Of a stretch of DNA of 64,000 bases, positions 18,381 through 28,113 are shown piece after piece. Made by a program: the position numbers and the translations under genes. The DNA is from an uncultured virus (IMG/VR IMGVR_UViG_3300037840_000255). Lineage: Duplodnaviria > Heunggongvirae > Uroviricota > Caudoviricetes. The stretch's first letter is position 1. Each line of letters opens with the position of its first letter. The stretch lies in the IMG/VR virus record IMGVR_UViG_3300037840_000255; one strand, 5' to 3'. Below the pieces are notes generated by a model. That model saw only the letters and a list, made by a program, of their open reading frames with translations. It searched no databases and was not told where the DNA came from.

Positions 18381-21113
18381 CTAGCCTCCGACCCAGCTCG
18401 GACGCGGCCCGGTCGATGCGGTCTGGCGACCGATGGCGTAATTGCGAAGCTCCTCCGCGGTCTGCGCCGTGGTGCGAAGATTATTGAAGCTGCGGTCGGG
18501 GAAGTGGAGATTGACGACGTGGCCGGCCGCGGCCGTCACGGCGCCGCTGGCGGCGGCCAGACCGCCCGACGCGAAGCGCGGCACGTCGATGGTCATGGCC
18601 GACGAGATGTGGTCTATCAAGCCACCTAGACTGAACTTCGGGAACGTCATGTTGTTGATGGCGTGCATGAAGCCGAGGCCGTAGTGCTGAACTGCCGGCT
18701 GCTGATGGACGAACTCACCGTGAGAAAACCAACCTAAGTTGCTGTCGCTCTTGCCACTACCGATTCCGGTGAGTGGACCGCCGCGAGCAAAGCGCGCGAA
18801 GTTGATGCCGGTGAATAGGCCTCCGGTGGCGCCGCCCGGATTGGCTGGAGCCAACGATCCACCGGGCGTTGCGGCCGGCACCGTGACCGTGGCCAACGTG
18901 GCTACCAGATTATTTATGGCCGTCGACAGAACGCCGAACAGCCCGCTCAGGCCACCGAGGCCTCCCAGCGCCGTGCCGGCGGCCGGCGCGCTGCTGGCGA
19001 CCTGCGCCAGGCCGGAGCCCGCTCCCGGCGCGCTCTCGGCCACGCTCTGGAGGCCTGAGCCGGCGCCCTGGGCGTTTCCCGCGATTGAATTGAGCGCGGC
19101 GTTGATGGCCTCCGATGGAGGTGGCGTGGGCGGCAATGCCGCCGCCGGGATTGCCGTGCTCTCCACCGGCCGAGTGACGCCGCCCAGCGGCGCGCCGGTC
19201 GTCAGCCCTGGCAGATTGGATGGTGGCAACGGTTGGGCGCCGGGCACGGGCTCCGGCAGCGTGACCTGCGGCGTTTCCTCAGAAGGAACCGGAACCAACT
19301 CGCCACCGACGTAGTAGTAGCCCCTCTCAGGGAATCTCTCGCCAGGAGCACCTTCCTCGCGTCGCGTCAGATGGGTGACTCGGATGCCGGCCTGCTGCTC
19401 TTCCTTGGTTCGTTCTTCCGCGGTCGTCGGCACGGTTCTCTGGCCCGGGCCTCCAGTCTCTTGCGGCTTAGGGGCACCCGGCTCCGGTTCGTAGCGTCCA
19501 AGGACGAACTTGCTGATGAAGTCCTGAGCCGTCTTGAGGCCCGGATGACTGACCAAATCGCCGAACGATTTGATCGTCTGCGTCGCCTCATTGGCCCACT
19601 TGTCTGCCGAACTGATGACGCGCTGGAGAACCGAGTCGGCGCCCTCGCCCGCAATCTTCTCGACGTCGCGGTTCAGGTCCGCTCCGAACTTACTCAGCGA
19701 CGTATGGTAAGTGTCGACGTCCTTGGCCGCGCTCTCGAACGTCTTGCGGTTCTGGCTTTCAAAGGCGGCCAATCGAGGCGCCAAGTCGCCGATGGGTATG
19801 TTGAGACCCTTGTTGATATCTTGGATCAACCGATCCGCATTGATGCGGCCGAAGCTGCGGGCCACCGCGTCGGCGCCCCTCTGCGAGAATTCCTCCAATC
19901 CCTTGACCGCCTCGGCGCTGACGTGGCCGGTCTTTTCCACGTCCGAGGTGAAGTCAGCTATGGCCTTGCCGGCCTCCTCGGTCGACGCGCCGCCGGAGCG
20001 GATCGCTTCGTAGAGCGACGTGATCGCCTTCTCGTTGATGGCCTCTGGGACCTGGGCACCGGCCTGACGCTGGCCGCGAACCAGATTCGCCAGCGGCGCG
20101 GCAAACGTCTCCGGCGTCGTGCCAAATCGCTCGGCGAGTCCTTGAACCCTCTCGAACGCGCCCTGGCCACCAGTGCCGCCGCCAGATTGCGGCGCGAACA
20201 CCTGGTCCAAGGTCTGTCGCGTCTTCTTGGCGCGATCCTCGACGCTGGCCAGACCAGCCAAGATGCCGCCCACGGCCAAAGCGCCGATGCCGCCAGCGGC
20301 GAATGCGCCAAGCGTGCCTCCCTGCTCGGCCGCCTCGACGCCGACGTGGGCCGCAAGGCCAGCGCCGGGGAACCTGACGCCGAGGGCACTCAGCGCCTCA
20401 CGAACCACGATGCTGATCGGGATGCGTCGCGAGCCGCCGAATATGGATCGACCCTCGCCGGGCTCGGGCGGCTCAGCCGGTTCCGTAGGCTCTGGCTCGG
20501 CAGGTTCGGCAGACGGTCGCGGCGCCCTAGGAACGCCCGCGGGGGCACCTGCGGCCACAGCAGCGGTGAGGGCGGGTCCCGCCGCCGCAACGGCCGCGGT
20601 CAACGACGGGGCAGCCGTGGTGATGCTGCCGGCCACCGACGTGCCGACGCCGGCGATCTTGGTCAAGAGTCCGGCCGCCGCAGGCTCCGCGCTGATCAAG
20701 GCGGCACCGCCGACAGAGGCAGCGGCGCCTCCAACCCCGAGGGCCTTCAGGGTCTGAGCGACCACGGAGCTGATGGGGATTGGCCGCTCTTCCGCAGCCA
20801 GCAGTGCGCCCTCGCCGGCGATGGCGGGCGCGGCGGCAGTGGCCAGCGCGGCGGCGCGAGCGCGCGCGGCCGATGCGGCCCTCTCTTCCTCGTCGCTCGC
20901 CAACGCGGCGGCTCCGGCGACCGGCGCGGCCGCAGCGGTGCCGGTGCCCAGCAGCCGACTGACCAGGCCGCCACTAGGCCCCTCGCCGCCCTCTCCGGTG
21001 GCCTTGTTGAGGGGATCGAGCGCGGTCTTGGCCTTGTCGCCGAGCGCGGCGATCTGAGAGGCGACGGTGTCGGCGCCCTCAAGCTCTATAGTTACGATGA
21101 TGTCGTCGGCCAT
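18381..21113 (-). CDS. tape measure protein
   Basis: 910 aa Ala/Gly-rich; helical core; C-terminal FARGG..G.SDS..WFSHGEFV..AVQHYG motif. Confidence 0.85.
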   Translation of the reverse strand: MADDIIVTIELEGADTVASQIAALGDKAKTALDPLNKATGEGGEGPSGGLVSRLLGTGTAAAAPVAGAAALASDEEERAASAARARAAALATAAAPAIAGEGALLAAEERPIPISSVVAQTLKALGVGGAAASVGGAALISAEPAAAGLLTKIAGVGTSVAGSITTAAPSLTAAVAAAGPALTAAVAAGAPAGVPRAPRPSAEPAEPEPTEPAEPPEPGEGRSIFGGSRRIPISIVVREALSALGVRFPGAGLAAHVGVEAAEQGGTLGAFAAGGIGALAVGGILAGLASVEDRAKKTRQTLDQVFAPQSGGGTGGQGAFERVQGLAERFGTTPETFAAPLANLVRGQRQAGAQVPEAINEKAITSLYEAIRSGGASTEEAGKAIADFTSDVEKTGHVSAEAVKGLEEFSQRGADAVARSFGRINADRLIQDINKGLNIPIGDLAPRLAAFESQNRKTFESAAKDVDTYHTSLSKFGADLNRDVEKIAGEGADSVLQRVISSADKWANEATQTIKSFGDLVSHPGLKTAQDFISKFVLGRYEPEPGAPKPQETGGPGQRTVPTTAEERTKEEQQAGIRVTHLTRREEGAPGERFPERGYYYVGGELVPVPSEETPQVTLPEPVPGAQPLPPSNLPGLTTGAPLGGVTRPVESTAIPAAALPPTPPPSEAINAALNSIAGNAQGAGSGLQSVAESAPGAGSGLAQVASSAPAAGTALGGLGGLSGLFGVLSTAINNLVATLATVTVPAATPGGSLAPANPGGATGGLFTGINFARFARGGPLTGIGSGKSDSNLGWFSHGEFVHQQPAVQHYGLGFMHAINNMTFPKFSLGGLIDHISSAMTIDVPRFASGGLAAASGAVTAAAGHVVNLHFPDRSFNNLRTTAQTAEELRNYAIGRQTASTGPRPSWVGG

Positions 21114-21114
21114 C

Positions 21115-21576
21115 TCAATTCCAGTGGGTCTTGACGAAGGTTGACATGCGGCTCGCGATCTCGCGGATGATTTCCAGAGTCATGAACTTCTTCGGCTCAT
21201 AGACCTGCTTGACGCTGATCACCGGAGGTATCTTGCCGTCTCGACTGGCAAAAAAGACCGGGTTAGCAAGCCCGGCCGTCGGTATGTAGAGCAGCGGCTT
21301 GCCCTTGATCGTCATGCCCTTCTGGAACACGATCCACAGCGGTGTCCCGACGCTGACGTCGATCCTGGTGTTACCGCCTCCGGTGCTGACGCTCGTGCTC
21401 GGAAACCAGCGCGAGCCAAACCGACCGGCTCCGCTGATGTCGGCCCTGGTCTTGATCTCGATCTCATCGGCGGCGTCCTGCGCGGCGGCGCGAACGGCCG
21501 GCGCGACCTTACTGCTGATGCGCTTGAATACCGGACCGACGCGGCTGTCGTCTAAGTAGATGCGGACTTGAGAGAT
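21115..21576 (-). CDS. HK97 gp10-like tail completion protein with probable ATC start
   Basis: frame is open from 21576 (SQVRIYLDD..IKTRADISGAGRFGSRW..VFQKGMTIKGKPLLYIP); GGAGG lies 7 nt upstream of ATC. Confidence 0.65.
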   Translation of the reverse strand: MSQVRIYLDDSRVGPVFKRISSKVAPAVRAAAQDAADEIEIKTRADISGAGRFGSRWFPSTSVSTGGGNTRIDVSVGTPLWIVFQKGMTIKGKPLLYIPTAGLANPVFFASRDGKIPPVISVKQVYEPKKFMTLEIIREIASRMSTFVKTHWN

Positions 21577-21761
21577 AGCATCTCCTCCTGTTTATTTCTT
21601 ACCATCGATATAGCTTTACCAGGATCATCGGTCTCCATGACCCAGAGAGTCACACCATTTGATAAGGGTAAATGATGTGGACCTTTATTTGCATCGTCCC
21701 TAATTTCAAATCGAGATAACGTGCTTTTGCCAGACTCAGTCACAATTATAAAAATACTCAT
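21552..21761 (-). CDS. AT-rich inserted hypothetical gene
   Basis: 69 aa, visibly lower GC than its flanks. Confidence 0.6.
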   Translation of the reverse strand: MSIFIIVTESGKSTLSRFEIRDDANKGPHHLPLSNGVTLWVMETDDPGKAISMVRNKQEEMLSLKSAST

Positions 21762-21762
21762 G

Positions 21763-22059
21763 TCACAGATTCCTCAACTTATTCCAAAAGCTCTGCGCCG
21801 CCGCGTCCTTGCCGTGGTACGCCATGCGGGTCGCATAAAAAATATCCCCCATGGCGCGGAGGCGGTCACGCTCGGTCATCTTCCAGATTGCGGCTAGTTT
21901 GCGCGGGGAGTAGAGGCGCCAGACGGTATCTGGCTGATGTCCGTGATCACTTGCGCGTTGACACCATTCAGCGACTTGTTCTCCAATGCCGATCCTGCGC
22001 CCTCCCTCACCGCCTGATCCAGACCGTCCGTCAGCGAACGAAGGGCGTCTACGAAAGGG
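21763..22059 (-). CDS. tail assembly chaperone, frameshift extension (gpT-like)
   Basis: -1 frame open from slippery CCCTTTC: GHQPDTVWRLYSPRKLAAIW... Confidence 0.6.
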   Translation of the reverse strand, partial: PFRRRPSFADGRSGSGGEGGRRIGIGEQVAEWCQRASDHGHQPDTVWRLYSPRKLAAIWKMTERDRLRAMGDIFYATRMAYHGKDAAAQSFWNKLRNL

Positions 22060-22409
22060 CCGACGCCCTCGGGGAAGGTCATGGCGAATATCTTGACGAT
22101 GGCGGAGAGTTGCTCGGTGACGCTCAGCGTCTTGGCCACCTTGGCGGATTCCTCGACCTTGGATAGCCAGTCGGGTTCCTCCGGCGCGACGGCGCCAACG
22201 CCGACCACCATGGCGATGTTGTCGGGACCCATCTGCATCAGACGCTCCGGCTGTATCTCGGATGCGCGGCCGTCGAGCAGTAGCCTCACCTCCTCCGACT
22301 GGCGGATCAGGTAGAACAGCCCGGCCGGCGCTATCGGGTACAGCGTCACGTCCTTGCCGCGGACCTTGACCGTGTCGGTCAACGGGCCGACGTCGAGAAG
22401 AGAAACCAT
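21894..22409 (-). CDS. tail assembly chaperone (gpG-like)
   Basis: GGAGG RBS; follows the tail tube gene; contains GPF slippery codons. Confidence 0.8.
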   Translation of the reverse strand: MVSLLDVGPLTDTVKVRGKDVTLYPIAPAGLFYLIRQSEEVRLLLDGRASEIQPERLMQMGPDNIAMVVGVGAVAPEEPDWLSKVEESAKVAKTLSVTEQLSAIVKIFAMTFPEGVGPFVDALRSLTDGLDQAVREGAGSALENKSLNGVNAQVITDISQIPSGASTPRAN

Positions 22410-22511
22410 TTAGAACCTCCCTTAAAAAACTGGCTGTGCGTGGCCCGACTTTCGGCCTTCCATCTAGGCAGTCAACCGTTGATGGCGCAGCGCACCCTAC
22501 GCTGAAGCAAC

Positions 22512-23345
22512 TTAGGCGTGGACCGGCATCGTCGGACCGGACGTGGCCGACGTGGTGCCGTTCGGGTTGGTGGCCGTCACCTCGCAGGTCAGCACCTCGC
22601 CTTCCTGGTGAACGGTCGGAACGAACGTGCTGTTGGTGGCGCCGGCGATTGGAGTCGCGTTGGCGAACCACTCGAACGTCACGCTCTCGATCAGCGGCAG
22701 CACCCAGGTGCCGATGTTGCAGGTCATGGTCTCGCCAACGCCGGCATAGGCGGGGATGTCGCCCTGGTTGGTCGGGCCGGTGATGAACGGCAACTGATAG
22801 TTCTCCGGTGCGATGGACGATGCTGGCGGCAACAGCGTCGCCGTGCCGAACGTAAAGTTCTGATCGATGATGTGGGTCATCGTCACGATGGTCCCGGCCC
22901 AATCGTCCAGGATCATCTCGAAGTCGCCCGAAGGCGCGATCAGCAGGTTAGTTAGGTTGATCTGCCAGCGCGGCCCCACGTCGTTGGTGCCGACGAAGGT
23001 CGCAGAACCCTGAATCTGTGCCGGCAAATTGTAGATGCCAACGGAGACAGCGTTCGGGTTGGTGTAGTTGACGCTGCCGTTGAAGAACAGCCCCATGTTG
23101 AAGGCGGTGCGTTCCTCCAGCGTCGCCTTGACCGAGCCGCCCTTCTGTAAGATGGCCGAGAAGTCCTGGATCTTGGTGCCGAGTTGCTCGGTGAAGTGCG
23201 GCTTGATCTCGACGGCCGGGGTGTAGCTCCACTTCGTGATGTTGCCGAGCTGGACCTGAGCGCCCACCGGATTGACGGGCGTGAAGAGCATGAAGCCCTT
23301 CGGGATAGCGACGTTATAGACTGACGGTGAGATGATGCCGGGCAT
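22512..23345 (-). CDS. major tail tube protein with C-terminal Ig-like domain
   Basis: LGNITKWSYTP, GTNDVGPR; C-terminal GETMTC..GTW..W..IAGAT..LTCEVTATN. Confidence 0.85.
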   Translation of the reverse strand: MPGIISPSVYNVAIPKGFMLFTPVNPVGAQVQLGNITKWSYTPAVEIKPHFTEQLGTKIQDFSAILQKGGSVKATLEERTAFNMGLFFNGSVNYTNPNAVSVGIYNLPAQIQGSATFVGTNDVGPRWQINLTNLLIAPSGDFEMILDDWAGTIVTMTHIIDQNFTFGTATLLPPASSIAPENYQLPFITGPTNQGDIPAYAGVGETMTCNIGTWVLPLIESVTFEWFANATPIAGATNSTFVPTVHQEGEVLTCEVTATNPNGTTSATSGPTMPVHA

Positions 23346-23365
23346 GGGGTTAGTTCTCCTTTTTC

Positions 23366-23878
23366 TTATAGTTGCCTGACGTCGAAGGTGTACGAGATGA
23401 TTAAGTTTATTTGCAACTGGGCTCCGAGCGTACCGATGGTGCTGCCCGACTTCATGTCGGTCTCGATGCCATCGTAGTCGACCTGGCCGTTAGGCCCGCA
23501 CATGGCGATCAACTGCTGGTCAGGCACGATGATCTTCAAGATGGCCGCGCGCATCGCGGAGATGGCCGGGCCGGTCGGTGCCGGTTGTCCCTGGTAGGTC
23601 TGCGGGTAGACCGCGGCGTCGATGTTGTCGACCATGGGCAACAGGACGAATATCTGAGGCGTCAGCGCGTAGACCGCCGGCGGCATGGCGACGAGGCTGT
23701 GACCCTTGCGGTCGGTCACCAGCTTCTCGTCGCCGTCGAGCAAGACGATGCCTGGCTTCTGCGCCTCGGTGAGCTGGCTGGCGTCGCGAAAGATGTTGGC
23801 CACACTGATGCCTGGCGTCTGCGGCAGCAGGCCGGTATAGATGTAGTTCAGTATCTGCTCGCGCTTGTCGAGACTCAT
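23366..23878 (-). CDS. tail terminator-like protein
   Basis: DKREQIL..PGIVLLDGDE; immediately before the tail tube gene. Confidence 0.65.
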   Translation of the reverse strand: MSLDKREQILNYIYTGLLPQTPGISVANIFRDASQLTEAQKPGIVLLDGDEKLVTDRKGHSLVAMPPAVYALTPQIFVLLPMVDNIDAAVYPQTYQGQPAPTGPAISAMRAAILKIIVPDQQLIAMCGPNGQVDYDGIETDMKSGSTIGTLGAQLQINLIISYTFDVRQL

Positions 23879-24258
23879 AGTCGTGCCGCGATCTTCCAGT
23901 AGAGGGTTATACCGGCCGGCGCGAACGGCACGACAGGGGCAGTGAAGCGAAGCTGTGCGGCCTCAACCGGAGGATTTGATACCGGCTGAACGTAGGTCAC
24001 GAGGCGGTCTAAGTCCCGATTGGGCGGCGTCGCATTGAGTGCCGTGGATGTGGCTATCAGAACCATGCGGTCGGTGGGATCGACCAACTTACCAATTCTC
24101 TCCACTGCATTCCATTCACGGACATACGCGATGCACGGCCTGTCGGCCATGCCGTTCCTCCGCAGCGACGCGGCCTCGCCCCACTTGTAGATCATATTGG
24201 TGGCGACGGCGGCCGAGCGCGTGTAGTCGTGCGTGAGCGGGGGCAAGGGGCTGACCAT
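23875..24258 (-). CDS. head-closure/neck protein
   Basis: DYTRSAAVATNMIYKWG..TDRMVLI..PFAPAGITLYW. Confidence 0.7.
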   Translation of the reverse strand: MVSPLPPLTHDYTRSAAVATNMIYKWGEAASLRRNGMADRPCIAYVREWNAVERIGKLVDPTDRMVLIATSTALNATPPNRDLDRLVTYVQPVSNPPVEAAQLRFTAPVVPFAPAGITLYWKIAARL

Positions 24259-24356
24259 CAGTGCTTCAGTTTTTCCATAGTCCAGCAAAAAAGCACAATG
24301 ATCATCCCTATCGATGCTCCAATCATAAATGAAACTATGATGGCTTGGGGGAACAT
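24258..24356 (-). CDS. 32-aa single-TM peptide
   Basis: TGATG-coupled at both ends; AT-rich. Confidence 0.5.
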   Translation of the reverse strand: MFPQAIIVSFMIGASIGMIIVLFCWTMEKLKH

Positions 24357-24721
24357 CACACGACAGCAATGGCCGGAATATTTCGCTGAAGGATCGCCAG
24401 GTAGCGGAGGCCGAATGCGGTCATGGCCCAGTCTGACGGGTCCTTCATGGTCGGGACGACCTGGGCCAGATATGATATGCTCATCTCGCCGATCCTCTCC
24501 GACGACACGATCTGCCCCGAACCGCTCTCCATGCGCTGAAGCCCGACCATGAGGAAGTGAGCCACCACGTAGCTGATGGCCAGGAGTTGCTCTGTCGCGG
24601 TGCCCCAACTGCCGTCCACCACCAGGCTGGCCTCCTCGATGGTGAACTCGACCACGTTGTCAGGCACGCTGGCGAACACCGGAAAGCGATTCTTGATGCT
24701 CAGGGCGGTGGGGATTTGCAT
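24356..24721 (-). CDS. head-tail adaptor (DUF4054-like)
   Basis: RFPVFASVPD..VAHFL..SERIGEMSISY..TAFGLRYL. Confidence 0.85.
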   Translation of the reverse strand: MQIPTALSIKNRFPVFASVPDNVVEFTIEEASLVVDGSWGTATEQLLAISYVVAHFLMVGLQRMESGSGQIVSSERIGEMSISYLAQVVPTMKDPSDWAMTAFGLRYLAILQRNIPAIAVV

Positions 24722-24722
24722 G

Positions 24723-24995
24723 TCACTTAACCTGCCGCAGCGCCACCTCGGAGGAGCGAGGCTGCTCGTCCGAGTGGCCACCTTCTGTCAAAGGGAGGTT
24801 ACTGAGCTGACGAAGATCGCTCTCCATGCTCTTCAGGTCCATCTCTCTCTCGGCGACGACGGCGTCGCCCACGGCGAACGCCTCGGGCTCGCGTCGGTCC
24901 AACGCGTCGAGGCGACGTCCCCACTCATCGGCCTTGGCGTCGTGCGCGGCCTTCTTCTGCTTGATGCGCGCCGCAACCTCAGACAGCTTACTCAT
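24723..24995 (-). CDS. coiled-coil hypothetical protein
   Basis: GAGGAAGG RBS; charged helical 90 aa. Confidence 0.6.
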   Translation of the reverse strand: MSKLSEVAARIKQKKAAHDAKADEWGRRLDALDRREPEAFAVGDAVVAEREMDLKSMESDLRQLSNLPLTEGGHSDEQPRSSEVALRQVK

Positions 24996-25082
24996 GCCTT
25001 CCTCCCTCGCGATTTTTTCGCGTTCCGCACGAACGTGAAATTGACAAACAATAATGGCCACAGCCAAGCGATCCACACTGAC

Positions 25083-25448
25083 TCACTCCCGGTTCTCGGT
25101 CATCGTCACGGTCATGATGCCCTGCGTCGTGGTGATCTTGTTGTCCGACGGATCGACGATAGACAGCTCATGATAATAGTTGCGGAGGAGAGCCACGGTG
25201 TCGTCGCGATACAGCGTGACCAGCACCGTAAAGGCCGGCGACTCCAGGACCTGAATATCCCCACCCCCGCTGAGCGAGTTCTTGGCGATGACCGGGGGGA
25301 CGCCGGCAGTCGGCAGCCCCACGGTCTGCTCGTAGGCGTTCCAGTAGACCGTGTAGTGGTCGAAGCTGAGGATACCCGGCAGCGTCAAATCGAACGTGAT
25401 GACCGTCTCGTCGCCGGCAGCAACCGAGAAGTTCTGGATGTCCGGCAT
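25083..25448 (-). CDS. Ig-like virion protein (BppU N-terminal-like)
   Basis: AGDETVITF..VTLYRDDT..YYHEL..TTTQG. Confidence 0.65.
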   Translation of the reverse strand: MPDIQNFSVAAGDETVITFDLTLPGILSFDHYTVYWNAYEQTVGLPTAGVPPVIAKNSLSGGGDIQVLESPAFTVLVTLYRDDTVALLRNYYHELSIVDPSDNKITTTQGIMTVTMTENRE

Positions 25449-25449
25449 T

Positions 25450-26643
25450 TTAGCGGCTTCCAGTCAGCGTCACGGATCGTCGCGGAGCCGGTGAGAATTG
25501 GCCCAGCCATTTCCCCGGCAAGCCGCGCCTGACCGCGCCAGTCGCGGCCACGGATACCAGATCGGCTCGGCCTGGGAATGCAATTGAAACGGCATGACCA
25601 GATGCGGCAACATCGACTAGTGGCTTGGAGATATGCGCCGAGAATACAGACTTGGCGCCCGTGGTCGCTGCGTCACCCATCTTGACGGCAACCGACGCGG
25701 TGACCGAGGCAACCGCGCCATCGGCCGCGACGCTGACCAGCGTTACCGCCTCACCAGGAACCGCATCGACTGTGCCAGCAACGCCATCTACTGAGGCGGC
25801 GGCAAGCGTCTTGAACAATTCTACGCTGAACGGTTCGACCACAGACGCAGCGGCAATTCCCGTAATATCGACTAAGGTTCCGGCTATCGGCGTGAACGTA
25901 TCTACGGCACCGGAGGCACTCGCGGCGATCAGATCGAAACTGACTGGGACGCTTACTTCGACAGTCTCCACGGCGCCAACAGTTGCGGCACTCGATAACG
26001 AATGAATAATATTTGGAACAAACGCCTCTGCTGTGGTGCTGGCGCTCGAGGCCGCCAAAAGTTTAGAGGCATCCCCCTCAATGCCGAAGGCTTCTGCAGC
26101 ACTGGCCATCGATACATAGCTCGTCGCGATGGATAGATGCGGAATCGTTGCTTCGACAGCAGCCGCGGCACTTATCGCGACAAGCAACTTGGAGCCATCA
26201 GCCTCGATAGAGAACGACTCGACGGCGCCAGTCCCTGCAATGTCACCGATTGACCTATAAATGTTCGGCAACAACGACTCGACGGCGCTAGTCGCCGCAA
26301 CCGACGATAGCGTCGGTCCGATTTTTCTGGTAATCGACTCAACCGCGCCCGCCGCTGTAACGGAAATCAACGTCTTGGCGATGGTTGGCTTGACTGACTC
26401 AACGGCGCTCGTGGTAGTAGCCGCAATAAGGACAGGCTGATCAGTTGGCTTTAACGCCTCCACGGCACTCGTGGCGGCAACGCCAGATACCGCGTGGCTT
26501 ATGCTCGGCTTTAATGCGACAACCGCACCGGATACCGTCGCCGCAACCAACGCGAACGTGACGCCGGGAAGCTGCGTCGGATCGAGCAGCTGGATATTGT
26601 TTTGCGGCGACTGGCCTGGAGTGAGGTATATGTTGAGGGCCAA
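25450..26643 (-). CDS. Ala/Val/Ser/Thr-rich repetitive fibre-like protein
   Basis: recurring L-x2-[VA]-AA-[TS]-[SG]-AVE[SA] unit at roughly 20-24 aa spacing. Confidence 0.7.
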   Translation of the reverse strand: MALNIYLTPGQSPQNNIQLLDPTQLPGVTFALVAATVSGAVVALKPSISHAVSGVAATSAVEALKPTDQPVLIAATTTSAVESVKPTIAKTLISVTAAGAVESITRKIGPTLSSVAATSAVESLLPNIYRSIGDIAGTGAVESFSIEADGSKLLVAISAAAAVEATIPHLSIATSYVSMASAAEAFGIEGDASKLLAASSASTTAEAFVPNIIHSLSSAATVGAVETVEVSVPVSFDLIAASASGAVDTFTPIAGTLVDITGIAAASVVEPFSVELFKTLAAASVDGVAGTVDAVPGEAVTLVSVAADGAVASVTASVAVKMGDAATTGAKSVFSAHISKPLVDVAASGHAVSIAFPGRADLVSVAATGAVRRGLPGKWLGQFSPAPRRSVTLTGSR

Positions 26644-26644
26644 C

Positions 26645-27145
26645 TTAGACTCCGGTCAACTCTTGAATTGTAGTCCCAGCAGTCTCGGGCGATCCCGCCA
26701 GATCAGCCACGGCAAAGCAATTGACTGCATTCGGATCACCGCAAGTGAAGCTGCCATCGGGGGCGCTGGTCTGCGTATCGACAAGCAATCCCGTCGCGGT
26801 ATTAAACAGCATTACGGTCGCGCTAGAGACAGCCGCGCCACTGGCATTGAGCACTTTACCGATGACCTTCTTGCGCACATGACATCCGGTCGGCGGCCAG
26901 TACCATTCCCAGCGTTCCGCCATCACGTCCTCGGCAGAGACCTTGTTGCTGTCTGAAAACATCGCGGGGAAGCTCGACCGCGTCCAGATAATATCGCTGA
27001 AGTGGTCATTCCCATCTGATGTTAGCGGCTTTGTGGTGCGAAAATCGGCGCTTTGCAAGCTCTCGTCGTTTTGATGCCAGCCTGGTTCGATCATTTGAGC
27101 CGACCCGGCTGCAGCCGAACTAATATGTCCCAAAAATCCCGACAC
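26645..27145 (-). CDS. hypothetical protein with carboxypeptidase-regulatory-like beta domain
   Basis: GKVLNASGAAVSSATVML..TSAPDGSF. Confidence 0.6.
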   Translation of the reverse strand: MSGFLGHISSAAAGSAQMIEPGWHQNDESLQSADFRTTKPLTSDGNDHFSDIIWTRSSFPAMFSDSNKVSAEDVMAERWEWYWPPTGCHVRKKVIGKVLNASGAAVSSATVMLFNTATGLLVDTQTSAPDGSFTCGDPNAVNCFAVADLAGSPETAGTTIQELTGV

Positions 27146-27148
27146 GGG

Positions 27149-27673
27149 CTACGCCCCTTCTTCTATCTCGACGCAGGGGTCAAAAGCCAGCACTTCGTTA
27201 ATTCCGTTTACTGAAGTTGTAGCGACCCATACAACGATGGAGGAGGACGGTGGCAACATGAGCGAGCGTTTAAATCTGAAAAGAATAGGCTGCGTCGTGA
27301 CGCCATTTGCCACTGTGCCAGCCCCTTGCGTTGATACCCTTCGCAAATACGTTGTCGGCGCAGTTGGGGGTTTTTGCCAAACAGTGAATAACGTCGCCAA
27401 TGGTAAACTCGTGGTATCGCCGCCATCGGCATGGATGAAACTTGATCCAAAAACGCCAATGCCTTTAATGGCCGGCGTTCCGACGCCAAGGCATGTTTGC
27501 GTACCATATCCGCTCGGACAGATAATCCCGCAATAAATGGCGGATATGGCAAGATGATCTGTCGGAGACGTTTGCAGTTCAAACAAAGGACCGACACCGG
27601 CAACACTAGGGACAGCGCCGCCCTGTAGTCCGCCGTTTGCCGATAATGTGGACTGGCAAAATAACGTCCCCAC
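27149..27673 (-). CDS. putative virion beta-sandwich protein (paralog 2)
   Basis: PTAPTTYLRRVS shared with the neighbouring gene. Confidence 0.65.
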   Translation of the reverse strand: MGTLFCQSTLSANGGLQGGAVPSVAGVGPLFELQTSPTDHLAISAIYCGIICPSGYGTQTCLGVGTPAIKGIGVFGSSFIHADGGDTTSLPLATLFTVWQKPPTAPTTYLRRVSTQGAGTVANGVTTQPILFRFKRSLMLPPSSSIVVWVATTSVNGINEVLAFDPCVEIEEGA

Positions 27674-27678
27674 CGAGA

Positions 27679-28110
27679 TTACTCATCCACCACGATCCAA
27701 ACATCAACCACCGAATTTGCCGTGACATTCCACAAGATCGTCGTGATCGTCTTGAGCACGTTGATGCCGCGCGGGAAGGTCCAAATGATGCCAGCGCCGA
27801 TAGTTGCCGGCGTCGACACGCGCCGCCAGAAGTTCGTCGGCGCTGTCGGCCCCGTCGCCCAAGTTGTGCCCGTTGTGGTATTGCCAGAAGTCGTGTTGCC
27901 CTGATCTTCCGCCTGCACGGTCGAGCCGTTCGCCGGCGTGACCCCCTTCGCAGCCGGTGGAGCAAAGCCGAAGACGCTTGCCGTCGCGGCATTCTGCGTA
28001 ATGCCAAATTCCTTCAGCGAATAGGCATTGTTCGCACCGGCGATGATCTCAAGCGCCGCCGTGGTGGTAGTCGCCACGGACGTTCGATTGGCGACGGAAA
28101 AGATGGCCAT
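27679..28110 (-). CDS. putative virion beta-sandwich protein (paralog 1)
   Basis: PTAPTNFWRRVS; Thr-rich. Confidence 0.7.
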   Translation of the reverse strand: MAIFSVANRTSVATTTTAALEIIAGANNAYSLKEFGITQNAATASVFGFAPPAAKGVTPANGSTVQAEDQGNTTSGNTTTGTTWATGPTAPTNFWRRVSTPATIGAGIIWTFPRGINVLKTITTILWNVTANSVVDVWIVVDE

Positions 28111-28113
28111 GGC

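Noticed and set aside
15124..21134. Long plus-strand ORFs (15124-16674, 19233-21134 and similar, also 32791-33984)
   Set aside because: Antisense shadows of GC-rich genes; Arg/Gly-rich with no motifs or RBS
21763..22902. 379-aa ORF as a whole gene
   Set aside because: Overlaps the tail tube and chaperone in another frame; only the part after the slippery site looks coding
21115..24721. Contractile tail
   Set aside because: No sheath or baseplate wedge genes; the layout fits a non-contractile tail
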